From a virus (lineage: Duplodnaviria; Caudoviricetes): a stretch of DNA of 52,600 nt. The first letter of the stretch is position 1. Every line of letters starts with the position of its first letter. Shown piece by piece: positions 21,201 through 31,500 of the stretch. A program made the position numbers and the translations under genes. Where the stretch lies: positions 1 through 52,600 of the IMG/VR virus record IMGVR_UViG_3300017783_000031, one strand, 5' to 3'. Under the pieces are notes generated by a model. It was not told the DNA's origin. It did not search any database and saw nothing but the letters and a program-made list of their open reading frames with translations.

Positions 21201-24200
21201 AAGTTGGTAATTTTGTAAGATTTGTAAATCCTGATGGTACTCCACATCACGATAAAATATATGAAATAGGTCAAACTTTAAGAACCACTCATGAAACAAA
21301 GCATGGAGGTAATTATTTTACAAAATTTAGAACCTATGTAGAATTACATTTTAGATTCGTAGACGAAGACGGAAATTTTCAACCATTATTAAAAGATATA
21401 GTAACAAGAGGTGATGATACTTGGATGAATGAACCAAGGATGGAGATACTAGAAGAGAGGGTAGAAGAAAATCTAGTAGTAAAAGAGCCGGCTATATTTG
21501 AGACGGAGCCTTTAGAAAGTAAAACAGAATTAAATATATATTTTGAGGCTTCTGATATACTTCCAATAAGTATACACGGTGATAATTACAACTTAAACTG
21601 GTATAATTGTATTTCCTTTGGTAATGGTGTTGAGTCTAATAGAATAAGAGATGATTATAATGCTGTGTTTATAGACAATGGTGTTAAAGCTTCAACTGTT
21701 TTAGATGAACCATTTAAAGAAGAACACAAATTCAACTCGTTAATATGGTCGGGTATAGTAAACTCAAGATCAGGCGTTAATAGATCTAATGAGTTTAATA
21801 TGGCAAATCCTATAACAAAGGATTTTTTACCATCATATGGGAGCATACAAAAACTACACGGATGGGATGATTCTATGGTTATTATTTGTGAAGATAAAAC
21901 ATTAAGGGTTTTAGCAAATAAATCAGCTCTTTACAATGCTAATGGGTCTTCTAATTTAATATCTGATAGTAGAGTTATAGGAGATCCTATAGAATACAAC
22001 GGGGAATATGGCATTGGAACATATCCAGAGTCTTTTGCTTCGCATGGATTTAGATGCTATTTTGCTGATAAAACTAGAGGTGTTATTATTAGACTATCAA
22101 AAGATGGGTTAACTCCAATATCAAAAAACTACATGAATAGTTTTTTCCGTCAAAGATTATTTGCCGCAAATACTTTTTACGGAAGCTATGATGCAAGAAA
22201 AAAATTATATAATATTTCTTTTGACGGATTAGATACGGTTTGTTTTTCTGAAGACGTAAACGGCTGGGTAACAAGAGCATCATTTATACCTGAAAATGCT
22301 TTATATTTAAACAACATTTATTATACGTATAGAAATGGTGATTTATGGCAGCATGACAGCCCTAATGTAGTTAGAAATAACTATTATGGAGCACAATATA
22401 AATCTCATGTAGAATTTATAATAAATGATAACCCCTCTGTTATAAAAAAATACAAAACTTTAGGTTATGAGGGTACTGCCGGATGGATTGCTAAAAATAT
22501 AGTTACAGATCAAGTTACTGGAACAGAAGCAACTTTTACGCCTAAAGAAAATAAATTTTTTACTAATATAACACAAGAGGCTAAAAAAACAAATAATCTT
22601 GATCATAAAAACTTTTCAACACAAGGTATAGGTAGATCAATTAGAAAGCCAAACGAAGTAGATTATGATGATACTGTAGGGGCACAAGATCTTGATGATT
22701 TTAATGTAAAAATAAATGACGGACAGTCTTGGAGTAGTGATATAAAACAATCAATAGAAATAAAACAGGATGGCAGCATAGATGATATTCAAATAACATT
22801 ATTTCCTACAAGTGGTTATTTGATAGAAAAAGCACAATTTACAACACCAAATAGTTTAATAACTGTTGAAAATTCTACACCTAATGTTATTGTTACTGTA
22901 AAGGGAGATTATCTTGAATCTTTAAATCCGTCTGATAACGATACAAAATATATAACACTAGCAGGAAAATCTGTTTTACAACCAATAAAAGTAAGTGGTA
23001 GTTATAGTATACAAGGGCCTTTTGTAACAGATGATATAGGTAATGGAAATTATCAAATAACAGAAGATCCTAATACTGTTCAGCAGATAAATAAAAGAAT
23101 AATAAAACCTTTAAATGGTTATTATATTAATGTTGAAGATATAACTATAGATAATTCTTTAATTTCTATAAGCAAGAATAAACTTGGCAATGGAAATATA
23201 GAAGTTATAGAAACTATAACTATACCAAGAGCAAAATCTACAAACATAAACTACACTATAAGCGCAGTAGCTCATGAAATAATAATACCTGATAAAGTAA
23301 TATTTACTAAAAATTTAAACACTAGCGATGTTAACAACGATGGTGAAACAAGAACGTTAATATTAAATGGAGAAAAAAATTCAGAATATGAACTTGTTTT
23401 TTTAGAAGGCTCTAGTGTTATAAAATCGGTAAGTGGTAAAATTCCATCAAATACTTTAAAATCAAATGTAGATTTAATTTTTCCAGCTGGGGACACGGCA
23501 CAGACGTATACTGTTCAATTAAAGACAGTATCTGGTACTGTTTTTTCTAATACTTTTGGAGATGAAACTATTAATATTTATAGAAAAGTTAGGTATGTTA
23601 ATGATATAACATTTACTGTAGATGTTGGAAGTAATATTACAACAACTCAATCTTTAACAAATAGTCCTGTTATTGTTTCTGGTTATGTAGATGATATTGC
23701 TGATATTGATTTTACGTTTTCATATACATTAAATGGCACAGGTTACAGCCTTAGTAAAGTTCCTGTCATGGATGATGTAGTTTTTAGTACTAACAATACT
23801 GGAACAAAAATAATATTTAATACGTTTACTCTAACCACAGCAACAAATGATACTTTATTAATAAAAGGTAAATTAACATCTACTAGCTTTATTGATTCAG
23901 AATTTTTTGAATTAAACTTAAATAATCTATTAGATAAAAATGTAACAATAACTTTTGCTTATTCTAACACTATAGCGGGAGGTTCGGCTACATCAAATTA
24001 CACTGTAGCCGGATATAATGGTGCAAGTATACCTTATACAATAACAACAAAAGCAAATAAGCCACATACAAATATGATTGGCCGTTATTTTGAGTTGACC
24101 TCGGCTTCAGGTTATAAGAATAAAAAAACATTTACTAATATAATACCTTTTAAAATATACGACTCATCCAACAATGATGTTACAGCAACCTTTGCTTTTA

Positions 24201-26029
24201 ACGAAAAAGTTTCTTTTGGTCCGCGCCCATCTGTTAATAATAGTAAAATTGTTGTTGGTTTTAAAAATAAGACTTTTGTAGCTCCTTCAACAAATCAAAC
24301 ATATACAATTAGACCTTTAGAAGAAATTTTTGAAGCTAATACCGGCGTTGAAATAAGAGCTCTTATAGCTTTCGCAACACAATTAAAATCATCAGGTTTT
24401 ACTAAAATAAATGGATATTCAAGCGTTGCAGCTTACAATATGACAATTAATACTGTTTCTACAGGTCAAAATTTTGAAAGCGGATCAATAAACCAAAGAT
24501 CGTTAGATAATATAGACAGAGCATTAAGCGGAGAAGGAGTCACACAAAGATGGTTAGGTTCAAATGGCAATGAACAGTTTTTTAATGGTAATGGATTACA
24601 AGGTATAACTAATTCTTTTAGTGAAACAAGCTCTGGTAGGTACTGGATTACAGATGGATCAGCAGGAAATAAATTGATGCAGCATGTTATGAAAATGCCT
24701 GATTCATTGTTTTATTGGTGGGATCCAGATAATACTAGTACGTCAAAATATAATATAACAAACTTAGGTAGTTATTTTACAAAAGCAACTGCTGGTACTT
24801 ATACCGATATATTTGGAGATTCAAAACAAGTAACCAATACTTTTGAGGTTAGTGCAGACGGAAAAACACTCACAGTTAACATGCTAATCAATTTTAATAA
24901 CACTCCTGTTGGTAATACATATTATATACCTGAACTTTTAGTAACTGCTGTTAATGACCACCCTGGTTTTTTCAATAAATATCTTGCAAAAGTAGGTAAC
25001 TACGATCATTATAAAGACCCTTGTACTTTGGTTCATGATGATAATATTGATTTTGTTGAAGTTATTTCTAAAGATTTACCATTAAAAAAAGGTAGTCTTG
25101 TGTATTTAAGAACAAATGATGGAGATTTATTATATCTTGGCAATAGATTCCCTGCATATATAAAAGATAACCCAAATCTTTTATATAGTGATGAAAATAA
25201 ATTTCTTAATGCAGGTGCTAAATCTGTACCTAAAGGACATTATAATTTCATTCAAGGTGAAGCGCCTATAACTCTTGAAGATACAAATTGCTCAATAGTT
25301 AAATTTAATGATTTCCCTACTGTTAAAAAAACAGGTGAACTTGGATATATTAAATCTGTTACTTCTAATAATGGTGGTATTTATCAATATAAAGAAATTT
25401 ATTTAAAAAATACCGCTTATGCAAATAAAGAAATAACGATAAAAGGAACCTATTTTGACATGAGATATGCGAATTATAGTAATATTCCTAATAATAATGT
25501 TAGTAATAATGCTTTTAATAAAAATCTTATGATTGTAACATCCCCTTCATATCCAAAAGGAATCTATGCTCAAAAAGCAATTGAGCATGTTGAAACTTTT
25601 GGTTGGAAAATAACAGATCCTGCATTAAATACTTGGGAAGCTAAAGTCCAACTTGATTCAAAAGGTGAAGGCACATTGCAAATTGGTGTTCAAATATATT
25701 CAAATGTTAACGTAAATGGTTTAATAGTATATAGTGAACAAATAACAGGGCCTAATGGTGAAACATTAGCCTCTCATGGTGATGCTTATTATGATTTAAC
25801 AAGAATGAGAATAGGTTCATCAGCTAAAAAACCAGAACCAAAATACGAAATAGATTATTCTGTTAAGCAATTTGTATTTAAAGGCAATTATAAACCATAT
25901 ACTGATCATCCTGAAAATGCTGATTTTCCTTCTCTTTACAATATAGACAGTAATGGTACTATAGTTGAATCAGATCAATGGGTTAATTATTATACAGGAC
26001 AAATGTTTTTACCTACTAAAAATCAATAA
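18275..26029 (+). CDS. Tail stabilization/muzzle (nozzle) protein with a long C-terminal extension (2584 aa)
   Basis: N-terminal GRMNKDLDDRLVPNGEYTDALN, WTDNINQPRRINI, FAYRWKYKNGEYS, GNGVESNRIRDDYN, YGIGTYPESFA motifs of P22 gp10-like/crAss muzzle proteins. Confidence 0.75.
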   Translation: MAELKHTFTSGRMNKDLDDRLVPNGEYTDALNIQISSSEGDDVGSIENTLGNELLSDLQLQNAKTLGSISDTKKDKIYWIVTSDSIDAIYEFDEKTKEIKPVLLDEKTNQTITINDVSIYSNVEGELSFSYNELKFNSLLGKNLEKATPDSPQKYGLTHSNVDIECSEIDLKITAPKNTSVLNNNNESIEFKNIPYNGKHFGNLDVNFTYTDSGFLNFSKNNLITGINIIDGLLFWTDNINQPRRINISEFKNYKHIANQTQISYKYKDSNGTVNIDYRPINEDDISVIKKAPLKAPNITLFDTDITGNTTITAQVNFVDKIAGDEIDITDFGGIPNWVEGQSILFVTEDADLSLECRVQSIDATNKSIKVIISNIDSDEPVTKSHLFTANLVEEDPIYELAFVRFAYRWKYKNGEYSVFSPFTQPAFYPNFKVNRNGFKYDGKEAFNYGMVNQVRKVLLEDFDLGSDEVEDIEIIFKETRNNNIYILTTKKRLNFENSFTIRKEQIKSLVANDQLLRQWDNVPRKAKAQEVTANRVIYGNYIQNYDVFEDPDFDVKLNTANAERRISAKSNRNYQLGVVYSDEYNRQTPVFSNDTGVITIPKSKSSEQNRISASIKTPPPPWATHYRYFIKDTSGEFYNLAADRFYNDVENGFMYISFPSSERNKVTEEHYLLLKKNHGDNNPVDSTENRYKIIDISAEPPEFITARKRLVRSLGNIVFTDDYKGSGGGTTITNKDDASNAAPLNERAIIQLKQANGSPDGVELEETKEIKPGRYINFEYLGKESKPYKIKRLSQDPAGSNEIKIDFEEPFGEDVEIIYNKTSGNLGDQNTNLGVSMNILEEFIAAGDKEFDGRFFVKLKSNSTLINSIITQDIGGVSYLVKFDLNLIGIYSSKDSNGTGRSGSNKWRNVNRGKDSAATNPRNDFVVHKGGTAIPGSTYETGKRHDAGSIEYNISVEASTRRRNSEVEKLQKLAKVGNFVRFVNPDGTPHHDKIYEIGQTLRTTHETKHGGNYFTKFRTYVELHFRFVDEDGNFQPLLKDIVTRGDDTWMNEPRMEILEERVEENLVVKEPAIFETEPLESKTELNIYFEASDILPISIHGDNYNLNWYNCISFGNGVESNRIRDDYNAVFIDNGVKASTVLDEPFKEEHKFNSLIWSGIVNSRSGVNRSNEFNMANPITKDFLPSYGSIQKLHGWDDSMVIICEDKTLRVLANKSALYNANGSSNLISDSRVIGDPIEYNGEYGIGTYPESFASHGFRCYFADKTRGVIIRLSKDGLTPISKNYMNSFFRQRLFAANTFYGSYDARKKLYNISFDGLDTVCFSEDVNGWVTRASFIPENALYLNNIYYTYRNGDLWQHDSPNVVRNNYYGAQYKSHVEFIINDNPSVIKKYKTLGYEGTAGWIAKNIVTDQVTGTEATFTPKENKFFTNITQEAKKTNNLDHKNFSTQGIGRSIRKPNEVDYDDTVGAQDLDDFNVKINDGQSWSSDIKQSIEIKQDGSIDDIQITLFPTSGYLIEKAQFTTPNSLITVENSTPNVIVTVKGDYLESLNPSDNDTKYITLAGKSVLQPIKVSGSYSIQGPFVTDDIGNGNYQITEDPNTVQQINKRIIKPLNGYYINVEDITIDNSLISISKNKLGNGNIEVIETITIPRAKSTNINYTISAVAHEIIIPDKVIFTKNLNTSDVNNDGETRTLILNGEKNSEYELVFLEGSSVIKSVSGKIPSNTLKSNVDLIFPAGDTAQTYTVQLKTVSGTVFSNTFGDETINIYRKVRYVNDITFTVDVGSNITTTQSLTNSPVIVSGYVDDIADIDFTFSYTLNGTGYSLSKVPVMDDVVFSTNNTGTKIIFNTFTLTTATNDTLLIKGKLTSTSFIDSEFFELNLNNLLDKNVTITFAYSNTIAGGSATSNYTVAGYNGASIPYTITTKANKPHTNMIGRYFELTSASGYKNKKTFTNIIPFKIYDSSNNDVTATFAFNEKVSFGPRPSVNNSKIVVGFKNKTFVAPSTNQTYTIRPLEEIFEANTGVEIRALIAFATQLKSSGFTKINGYSSVAAYNMTINTVSTGQNFESGSINQRSLDNIDRALSGEGVTQRWLGSNGNEQFFNGNGLQGITNSFSETSSGRYWITDGSAGNKLMQHVMKMPDSLFYWWDPDNTSTSKYNITNLGSYFTKATAGTYTDIFGDSKQVTNTFEVSADGKTLTVNMLINFNNTPVGNTYYIPELLVTAVNDHPGFFNKYLAKVGNYDHYKDPCTLVHDDNIDFVEVISKDLPLKKGSLVYLRTNDGDLLYLGNRFPAYIKDNPNLLYSDENKFLNAGAKSVPKGHYNFIQGEAPITLEDTNCSIVKFNDFPTVKKTGELGYIKSVTSNNGGIYQYKEIYLKNTAYANKEITIKGTYFDMRYANYSNIPNNNVSNNAFNKNLMIVTSPSYPKGIYAQKAIEHVETFGWKITDPALNTWEAKVQLDSKGEGTLQIGVQIYSNVNVNGLIVYSEQITGPNGETLASHGDAYYDLTRMRIGSSAKKPEPKYEIDYSVKQFVFKGNYKPYTDHPENADFPSLYNIDSNGTIVESDQWVNYYTGQMFLPTKNQ

Positions 26030-26031
26030 AA

Positions 26032-26355
26032 ATGGCTAACTTAACTGTAAATTTTGGTGAAGCATTAAATACTTCTTTACAAAAAGGAGATATTATATAT
26101 TTTTTAAAAAATGATAATTTAACAGAATTAGGTGAGTGTGTTTCCGTTGCTTCTGATAGATTAAGTTTTATAGTAGATGTACCACCGCAGGCACAAAGAC
26201 CTGTTATAGGTGATTACTTTATGTTTGCAAAAAACAATGTAATAAATAGTAGTGGACTTATTGGCTATCAAGCCACTATAAAAATGGAAAATGATAGCAC
26301 AGATTTTTGTGAATTATACGCTGTAAACAGCGAAACAATGTTTAGTAGTAATTAA
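26032..26355 (+). CDS. Hypothetical tail-associated protein
   Basis: 107-aa ORF, LNTSLQKGDIIY..SSGLIGY..ELYAV; located in the tail operon. Confidence 0.6.
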   Translation: MANLTVNFGEALNTSLQKGDIIYFLKNDNLTELGECVSVASDRLSFIVDVPPQAQRPVIGDYFMFAKNNVINSSGLIGYQATIKMENDSTDFCELYAVNSETMFSSN

Positions 26356-26357
26356 TT

Positions 26358-27059
26358 ATGGAAGAAAGAAACACACCTTTAAAATATGTTGCTCAAGCAG
26401 GTACATCTCCTTTAAAAAAAGGCGGTTTTGGCGCTGCAGTAAAGGGAGCAGCTAAAGACGATCCTGGAGCATTTGGACAAATTGCTGGTGGGCTAGCGGG
26501 TATTGCTGGTGGTCTTATAGGCGGGCGTGCCCGTAGAAGAGAACAAAGAGCAGCAAGAGCAGAATTAGCAGAAAAAAGATCCGCGTATGAATCATTTGAA
26601 TTTAAAGATTCTTCAGCTAACTTAACTAATACATTTGAAGATTTAACTGTAAATCAACAACAAGCGCAGTTTGCGTCTCAGCAGCAGCAACAAGGATTAG
26701 CTAGTACATTATCAGGTTTATCTGGAGCTGCCGGTGGCGGTGGAATTGCCGCTTTAGCACAAACATTAGCGCAACAACAATCAACTAATTTGCAGTCCGC
26801 ATCAGCAAGTATTGGGCAACAAGAGGCTGCTAATCAAATGGCGAGAGCACAAGGGCAGGCAAATTTAGAAACTCAAAGAGCTGCCGGTCAACAAGCAAAA
26901 GAAGCAAAAGAATTTGGTAGAACAGAAACATTATTTGGTATGGCTCAACAACGTAAAGCTGCTGCTGATGAAGCAAGAAAAGCTGCAACTCAAGGCTTAG
27001 TCGGCGGTATAGCTAACGTAGCTGTAGGAGCTGGTCGAATAGCTGCTGGGGCAGGTTAA
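26358..27059 (+). CDS. Internal virion/ejection protein (Gly/Ala/Gln-rich)
   Basis: Gly-rich hydrophobic segments and Q/A-rich helices typical of podovirus ejectosome/pilot proteins; first of three genes of increasing size. Confidence 0.6.
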   Translation: MEERNTPLKYVAQAGTSPLKKGGFGAAVKGAAKDDPGAFGQIAGGLAGIAGGLIGGRARRREQRAARAELAEKRSAYESFEFKDSSANLTNTFEDLTVNQQQAQFASQQQQQGLASTLSGLSGAAGGGGIAALAQTLAQQQSTNLQSASASIGQQEAANQMARAQGQANLETQRAAGQQAKEAKEFGRTETLFGMAQQRKAAADEARKAATQGLVGGIANVAVGAGRIAAGAG

Positions 27060-27070
27060 AATAATATATT

Positions 27071-28522
27071 ATGGCAAATCAACAATTAATTAGAGGTGCG
27101 CGCATGGCAGCAAATAAATTTACCGACGTCGGAGACGTTGTTGGTGAAGCTGTAATGCGAGGTGAGAGAGCTATACTTAGACGTCGCGCTGTAGAAAATA
27201 GACGACAAGAATTACAAGCTCAAGCTATTGCGCAATTACCCATGCTTGATGAATCACAAGTTCCGGAGCAAATGCGTGAATATGCAGTAACTGAAGCTAT
27301 GAATATTCGTAATGAAGCTATTGCTGCTATTCAAGATAAAAATATAACCCCTGTTGAAAGACAATTAGCTATTAGTAAAGCTATGGGTAAGGTTAATAAA
27401 ATAGCAACACAAGCTGGTGACTTTAAACAATGGATAGCTAACCTAGCTGAAATGAGCCAAGATGATCTAAGTAAATTAAACAGCCCTGAGCTAATGTCAA
27501 AAGTTGACGATATATATAAAGGCAATTATACTGTACAAGATGGCCAATTTATATTTAATGATGGCGAAGTGAAAGATTTTGGCACTTTAGTTAATACAAG
27601 ACCTATATCAAGAAGATCAGACTCATATTTACAGCAATTGCAAACTGTAGGTAATGAATATGAAAAATATGGATTACAAGGATGGGACGAAGCGTCGTTT
27701 AATAATAAAATTGAAAATGAAGTAAAGAATATAAAATATTCTGATGCTGACTTAGCAAGTATATTAGTAGACGAAATGGGAGATGAACTTCCTGAAGGTA
27801 TGTTACAAAAAATTAAAGATGATTTTGAAGACAACGGGGTGCTAGATAGCGAGGAAGAATCTGTATCAAGAGAACAACTTGTTACATTAGTTTCTGATAG
27901 ATATAAGTCTGCAGCTAAAGAAGCTTTTGATAGATCTAAAAAATTATATGATGAAAAAGTTTCCGCTAAAGCCGCTGCTGATGCAGCTAAAGATAGAGCT
28001 GATTCTGGAATGACAGCTTCATTAAAACAAGAAATACAATTGTTTGGACCAACTGTAATGCCGTATAGCAAATTTAGCGAGACTATATCTAATATTACAG
28101 ATATACAAGGCCCTCCACAAAATGTTGGGGTTGATGCTCCAACTACAATACCTGTAAGTGATGAAATGAAATCACAAACCATAGTTGGTCAGCTTCGTTC
28201 AATAAATAAACAAAGTCAAGGTGATTATGTAACCAGAGAAGAACAATTAAAAATATTTATAGAAAATGCTAAGGCTTCAGAAAGCTTAAAAGATTTATCT
28301 TCTGATCAACTTACAGATATGTTTAATACTGTGAATGGAGATGCTTTGGCTTTTTATAAAGGTCAACCATTACAAATTAATTATAATAATCCTGATGACA
28401 TTTATGATTTAATACTTAAAAATACACCAGGTTTAAGCCCAGAGGGGCAAAAGTACTTCTTTAATAAATATATGGCCGATAAATACGCTAATGTTGATAC
28501 TTCCGGAATGCCGGGAACTTAA
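27071..28522 (+). CDS. Internal virion/ejection protein
   Basis: 483-aa helical protein between the small and the giant ejection-type genes. Confidence 0.5.
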   Translation: MANQQLIRGARMAANKFTDVGDVVGEAVMRGERAILRRRAVENRRQELQAQAIAQLPMLDESQVPEQMREYAVTEAMNIRNEAIAAIQDKNITPVERQLAISKAMGKVNKIATQAGDFKQWIANLAEMSQDDLSKLNSPELMSKVDDIYKGNYTVQDGQFIFNDGEVKDFGTLVNTRPISRRSDSYLQQLQTVGNEYEKYGLQGWDEASFNNKIENEVKNIKYSDADLASILVDEMGDELPEGMLQKIKDDFEDNGVLDSEEESVSREQLVTLVSDRYKSAAKEAFDRSKKLYDEKVSAKAAADAAKDRADSGMTASLKQEIQLFGPTVMPYSKFSETISNITDIQGPPQNVGVDAPTTIPVSDEMKSQTIVGQLRSINKQSQGDYVTREEQLKIFIENAKASESLKDLSSDQLTDMFNTVNGDALAFYKGQPLQINYNNPDDIYDLILKNTPGLSPEGQKYFFNKYMADKYANVDTSGMPGT

Positions 28523-28534
28523 AAATAATATAAT

Positions 28535-31500
28535 ATGTTTGAATTAGACGGGAATGAATATACATTAGATCAAGTTCAAGCCGCGGCTTATAAGTCGGGT
28601 ATGATGGTTGATGATTATGTTCAAAAATATAAATTCAAAGAATTGGGAAAGACAACTCCCACATCACCGGGTGCGGATGTGGAGGAAAATGCAGCACCCG
28701 AATTGACCGTTACGGAATCTCCATCGGTAGATATTTCTTTGGAGTTACCTCAAACAGGAACAGTTGATTCAACATTAGTTACTCCTCCACGAAAAAAAAC
28801 ACCGTCTGAATTAAGGATAGATGTTACAAGACAAGCGATGGCAAGAGCTAATCCTATGGCTACCCTTATGCCTGATTTTATGATACCTATATTAGCTGAT
28901 TGGACCGCTATGACAGCAGAATTAGGGGCAGGGGTTGTAGATACTGCTGAAATATTATATGAATTGGGATTAGCTGGAATAAGTGATAAAACTTTTGATA
29001 GAATATCTCGTGAACAAAGAATAGATATGTCAGAAGTTTACGAGGGCGTGGAAGCACTTAGAAATATTAGAGAAAAAAAATATGATGAACAAGGCAATGA
29101 GTTAGATGCTATTGGTTTGTGGCAATCAGGTCGCAAAGGTGAGTCAGCACAACAATTTATTAGCGAAGCGATTGGTTCGTTACCTGCTACTGTTTTAACT
29201 TATATGATGCCAGGATATGGCTCAGCTGTAATAGGGCTTGGTACATTTGGTTCTGAATTTGAAAGGAATTTAAAAGAACGACCTGAAGAAACAGCAGGAT
29301 TGATGTTGGGTAATGCTGCTTTAAAAGGAGGATCAGAAGCTTTATTTGAATGGTTAGGGGGATATACCTTTAAAACATTAACTAGAGCAGCTACAAGAGG
29401 GGTAACGGAAAAAGTTATTAAAGATATGACACGTACCGGGGTTCCTTATGCTCTTCGTAAAATACTAGGCATTGGTGCACAAGCTGGGGTTGAAGCTCTT
29501 ACAGAATCAGCAACAGGGGTTACACAATTAGCGGCTGATGAAATGTTTTTTGATGACGAAATAGAAGCTGCGCAATATTGGAGAACAGCTATTCATAGCG
29601 GGGTAGTTGGTGGATTAATGGGTGGTGGTATTACAGCTGGAACTATAGGAACGCAAGTAGCGTTGACTGGCGATAGAAAAAAAATAGCGATGTCAATAAT
29701 TGCACCAAAAAAGTGGAGGCAAGAGCAATTACAAATTGGTATCGAGATTGATAGAGCAACTAAGGATTATGAAAATGCTCCTGATCGGAAAAAAGCATAT
29801 TTTAAAAATAAAATAGAAGTATTAGAACAACGCCAACAAGGGAGGGCTGATAGATTATCTAAAGTTTGGGATGGTTTAACTAGAGCAGAAAAAATAGAAT
29901 ATGCGAGATTAATAGATGAAACTAATTCTCAATTAGATATTATAGGCAATGTTAAATATACTAACCAAGCCCAAAAAGAAGCGCAAGTACTTTTAGATAG
30001 CGCTTATACAGAAATGGGAGCTATATTAGGTAAAGATAATATAGACATAGAACAAGAGCAAGCGTTGTCAAGAATAATTAAAAGTGGAGTTAGTATAGCA
30101 GAAGCGGTTGGAGTTGCAAAAAAAGTTTTAAAAGATATAAATATAGAAAATGTTTCTAATGAAGTATTTCAAGAAGTATCAAAAGCAATAACTGGTAAAA
30201 AAAGTAAATCAGATGCTCTATTTTTTGATGGTAATAATATATATATAAATAGAGATATTTCAGCAGCTACAGAACAAACAAATGTATTGGGACACGAACT
30301 ATTACATTATGTTATGGCTAAAAATTTTAATGTTAGCGATGAATCTTTAGGCCCATTAGTAAATAGCTTTAAAGATTATTTAAAACAAACTCAGCCGAAG
30401 ATATTAGAAAGAATAGAACAAAGACTTAAAAAAGCTTATGAGGGTGAAGCACCTTTGGAAGAATATTTAAATATTTTTTCAGATATTATAGCTAGAGAAA
30501 AAATAATAGTTGATGAAAGCATTACTGATAAAATAAAAAATTCAGCAACTCGTCTTTTAAGTAGTTTCGGATTTGGTTCGGTTAAGTTAGAAACAGGAAA
30601 AGATGTTTTTAATTTTTTAAGAAACTATACTAAAAATGTTAATAATCTAAAGTTTAAGCAACTTGGCGTTGACATTAAGTCTAGTAAAATAGGTAATGAA
30701 ATTAAAGAAGACGTTGAAAGATTTTCTAAGTCTGGAGCTTCAGATAAAGTACAAGAAATATATGAAGCCCAAGGCGCTGCAAATGCTTTTGATATAATTG
30801 CAGAGTTTAAACCTATTGTAGATAAAATTGTAAATAAATATAGAAACGTACCTGGTTTTGAATATCAATTATTAAAAGATGAAATAGAAACAGGGAAACG
30901 CGGTATACTTGACATGATTATGGCATACACGCCTGAAAAAGCCAAGGGTGCACCATTAGCCGCTTATATAAATAAATTTTTACCAAAAAGAGCAATTGAA
31001 GCAGCTAATCGTATATTAGACACGGAATTTACATTAGATGTTACCGAGGCTAAGGGTGTTACAGATACCACTACTGAAGAAAGTATAGATATAACTGAAG
31101 AAGTTAATATAGCCGACGAAATAAAAAGTTTAAGAAAAGAAATTGGTCTACCAGAAGAGCTTATTACAAAAGTTAAAGATGCGGTAATAAAAACATTTGG
31201 TACAAAATTACCAAACCCTCAAGACCCTAAGTTTAGAGCGGAGTTACAAAAAAGGTTTAGAACAGAGCTTAAAAAACCAATGGCAAAATTTGTTGGTAGA
31301 CAAGAAGCATACGAATCTTTTTTACGTAATAATTTTAAATCTATATATGATAAACTACCTCAGTCAATATTAAATAAAAGATTTAAAGATTTTATTGAAC
31401 CTGTTGTTGATGAAAATGGAAAACAATTACGTGAAAAAACGGCCGAGGGTAATAAAATATTTACTAAGAAAAAAATTACGCCTGCTGAATTTATAAAATA

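Noticed and set aside
27526-28182. Long antisense ORFs (27526-28182, 33217-33738, 12602-12964 and similar)
   Set aside because: Shadow ORFs opposite strongly coding genes, with Ser/Leu/Phe-rich mirror composition
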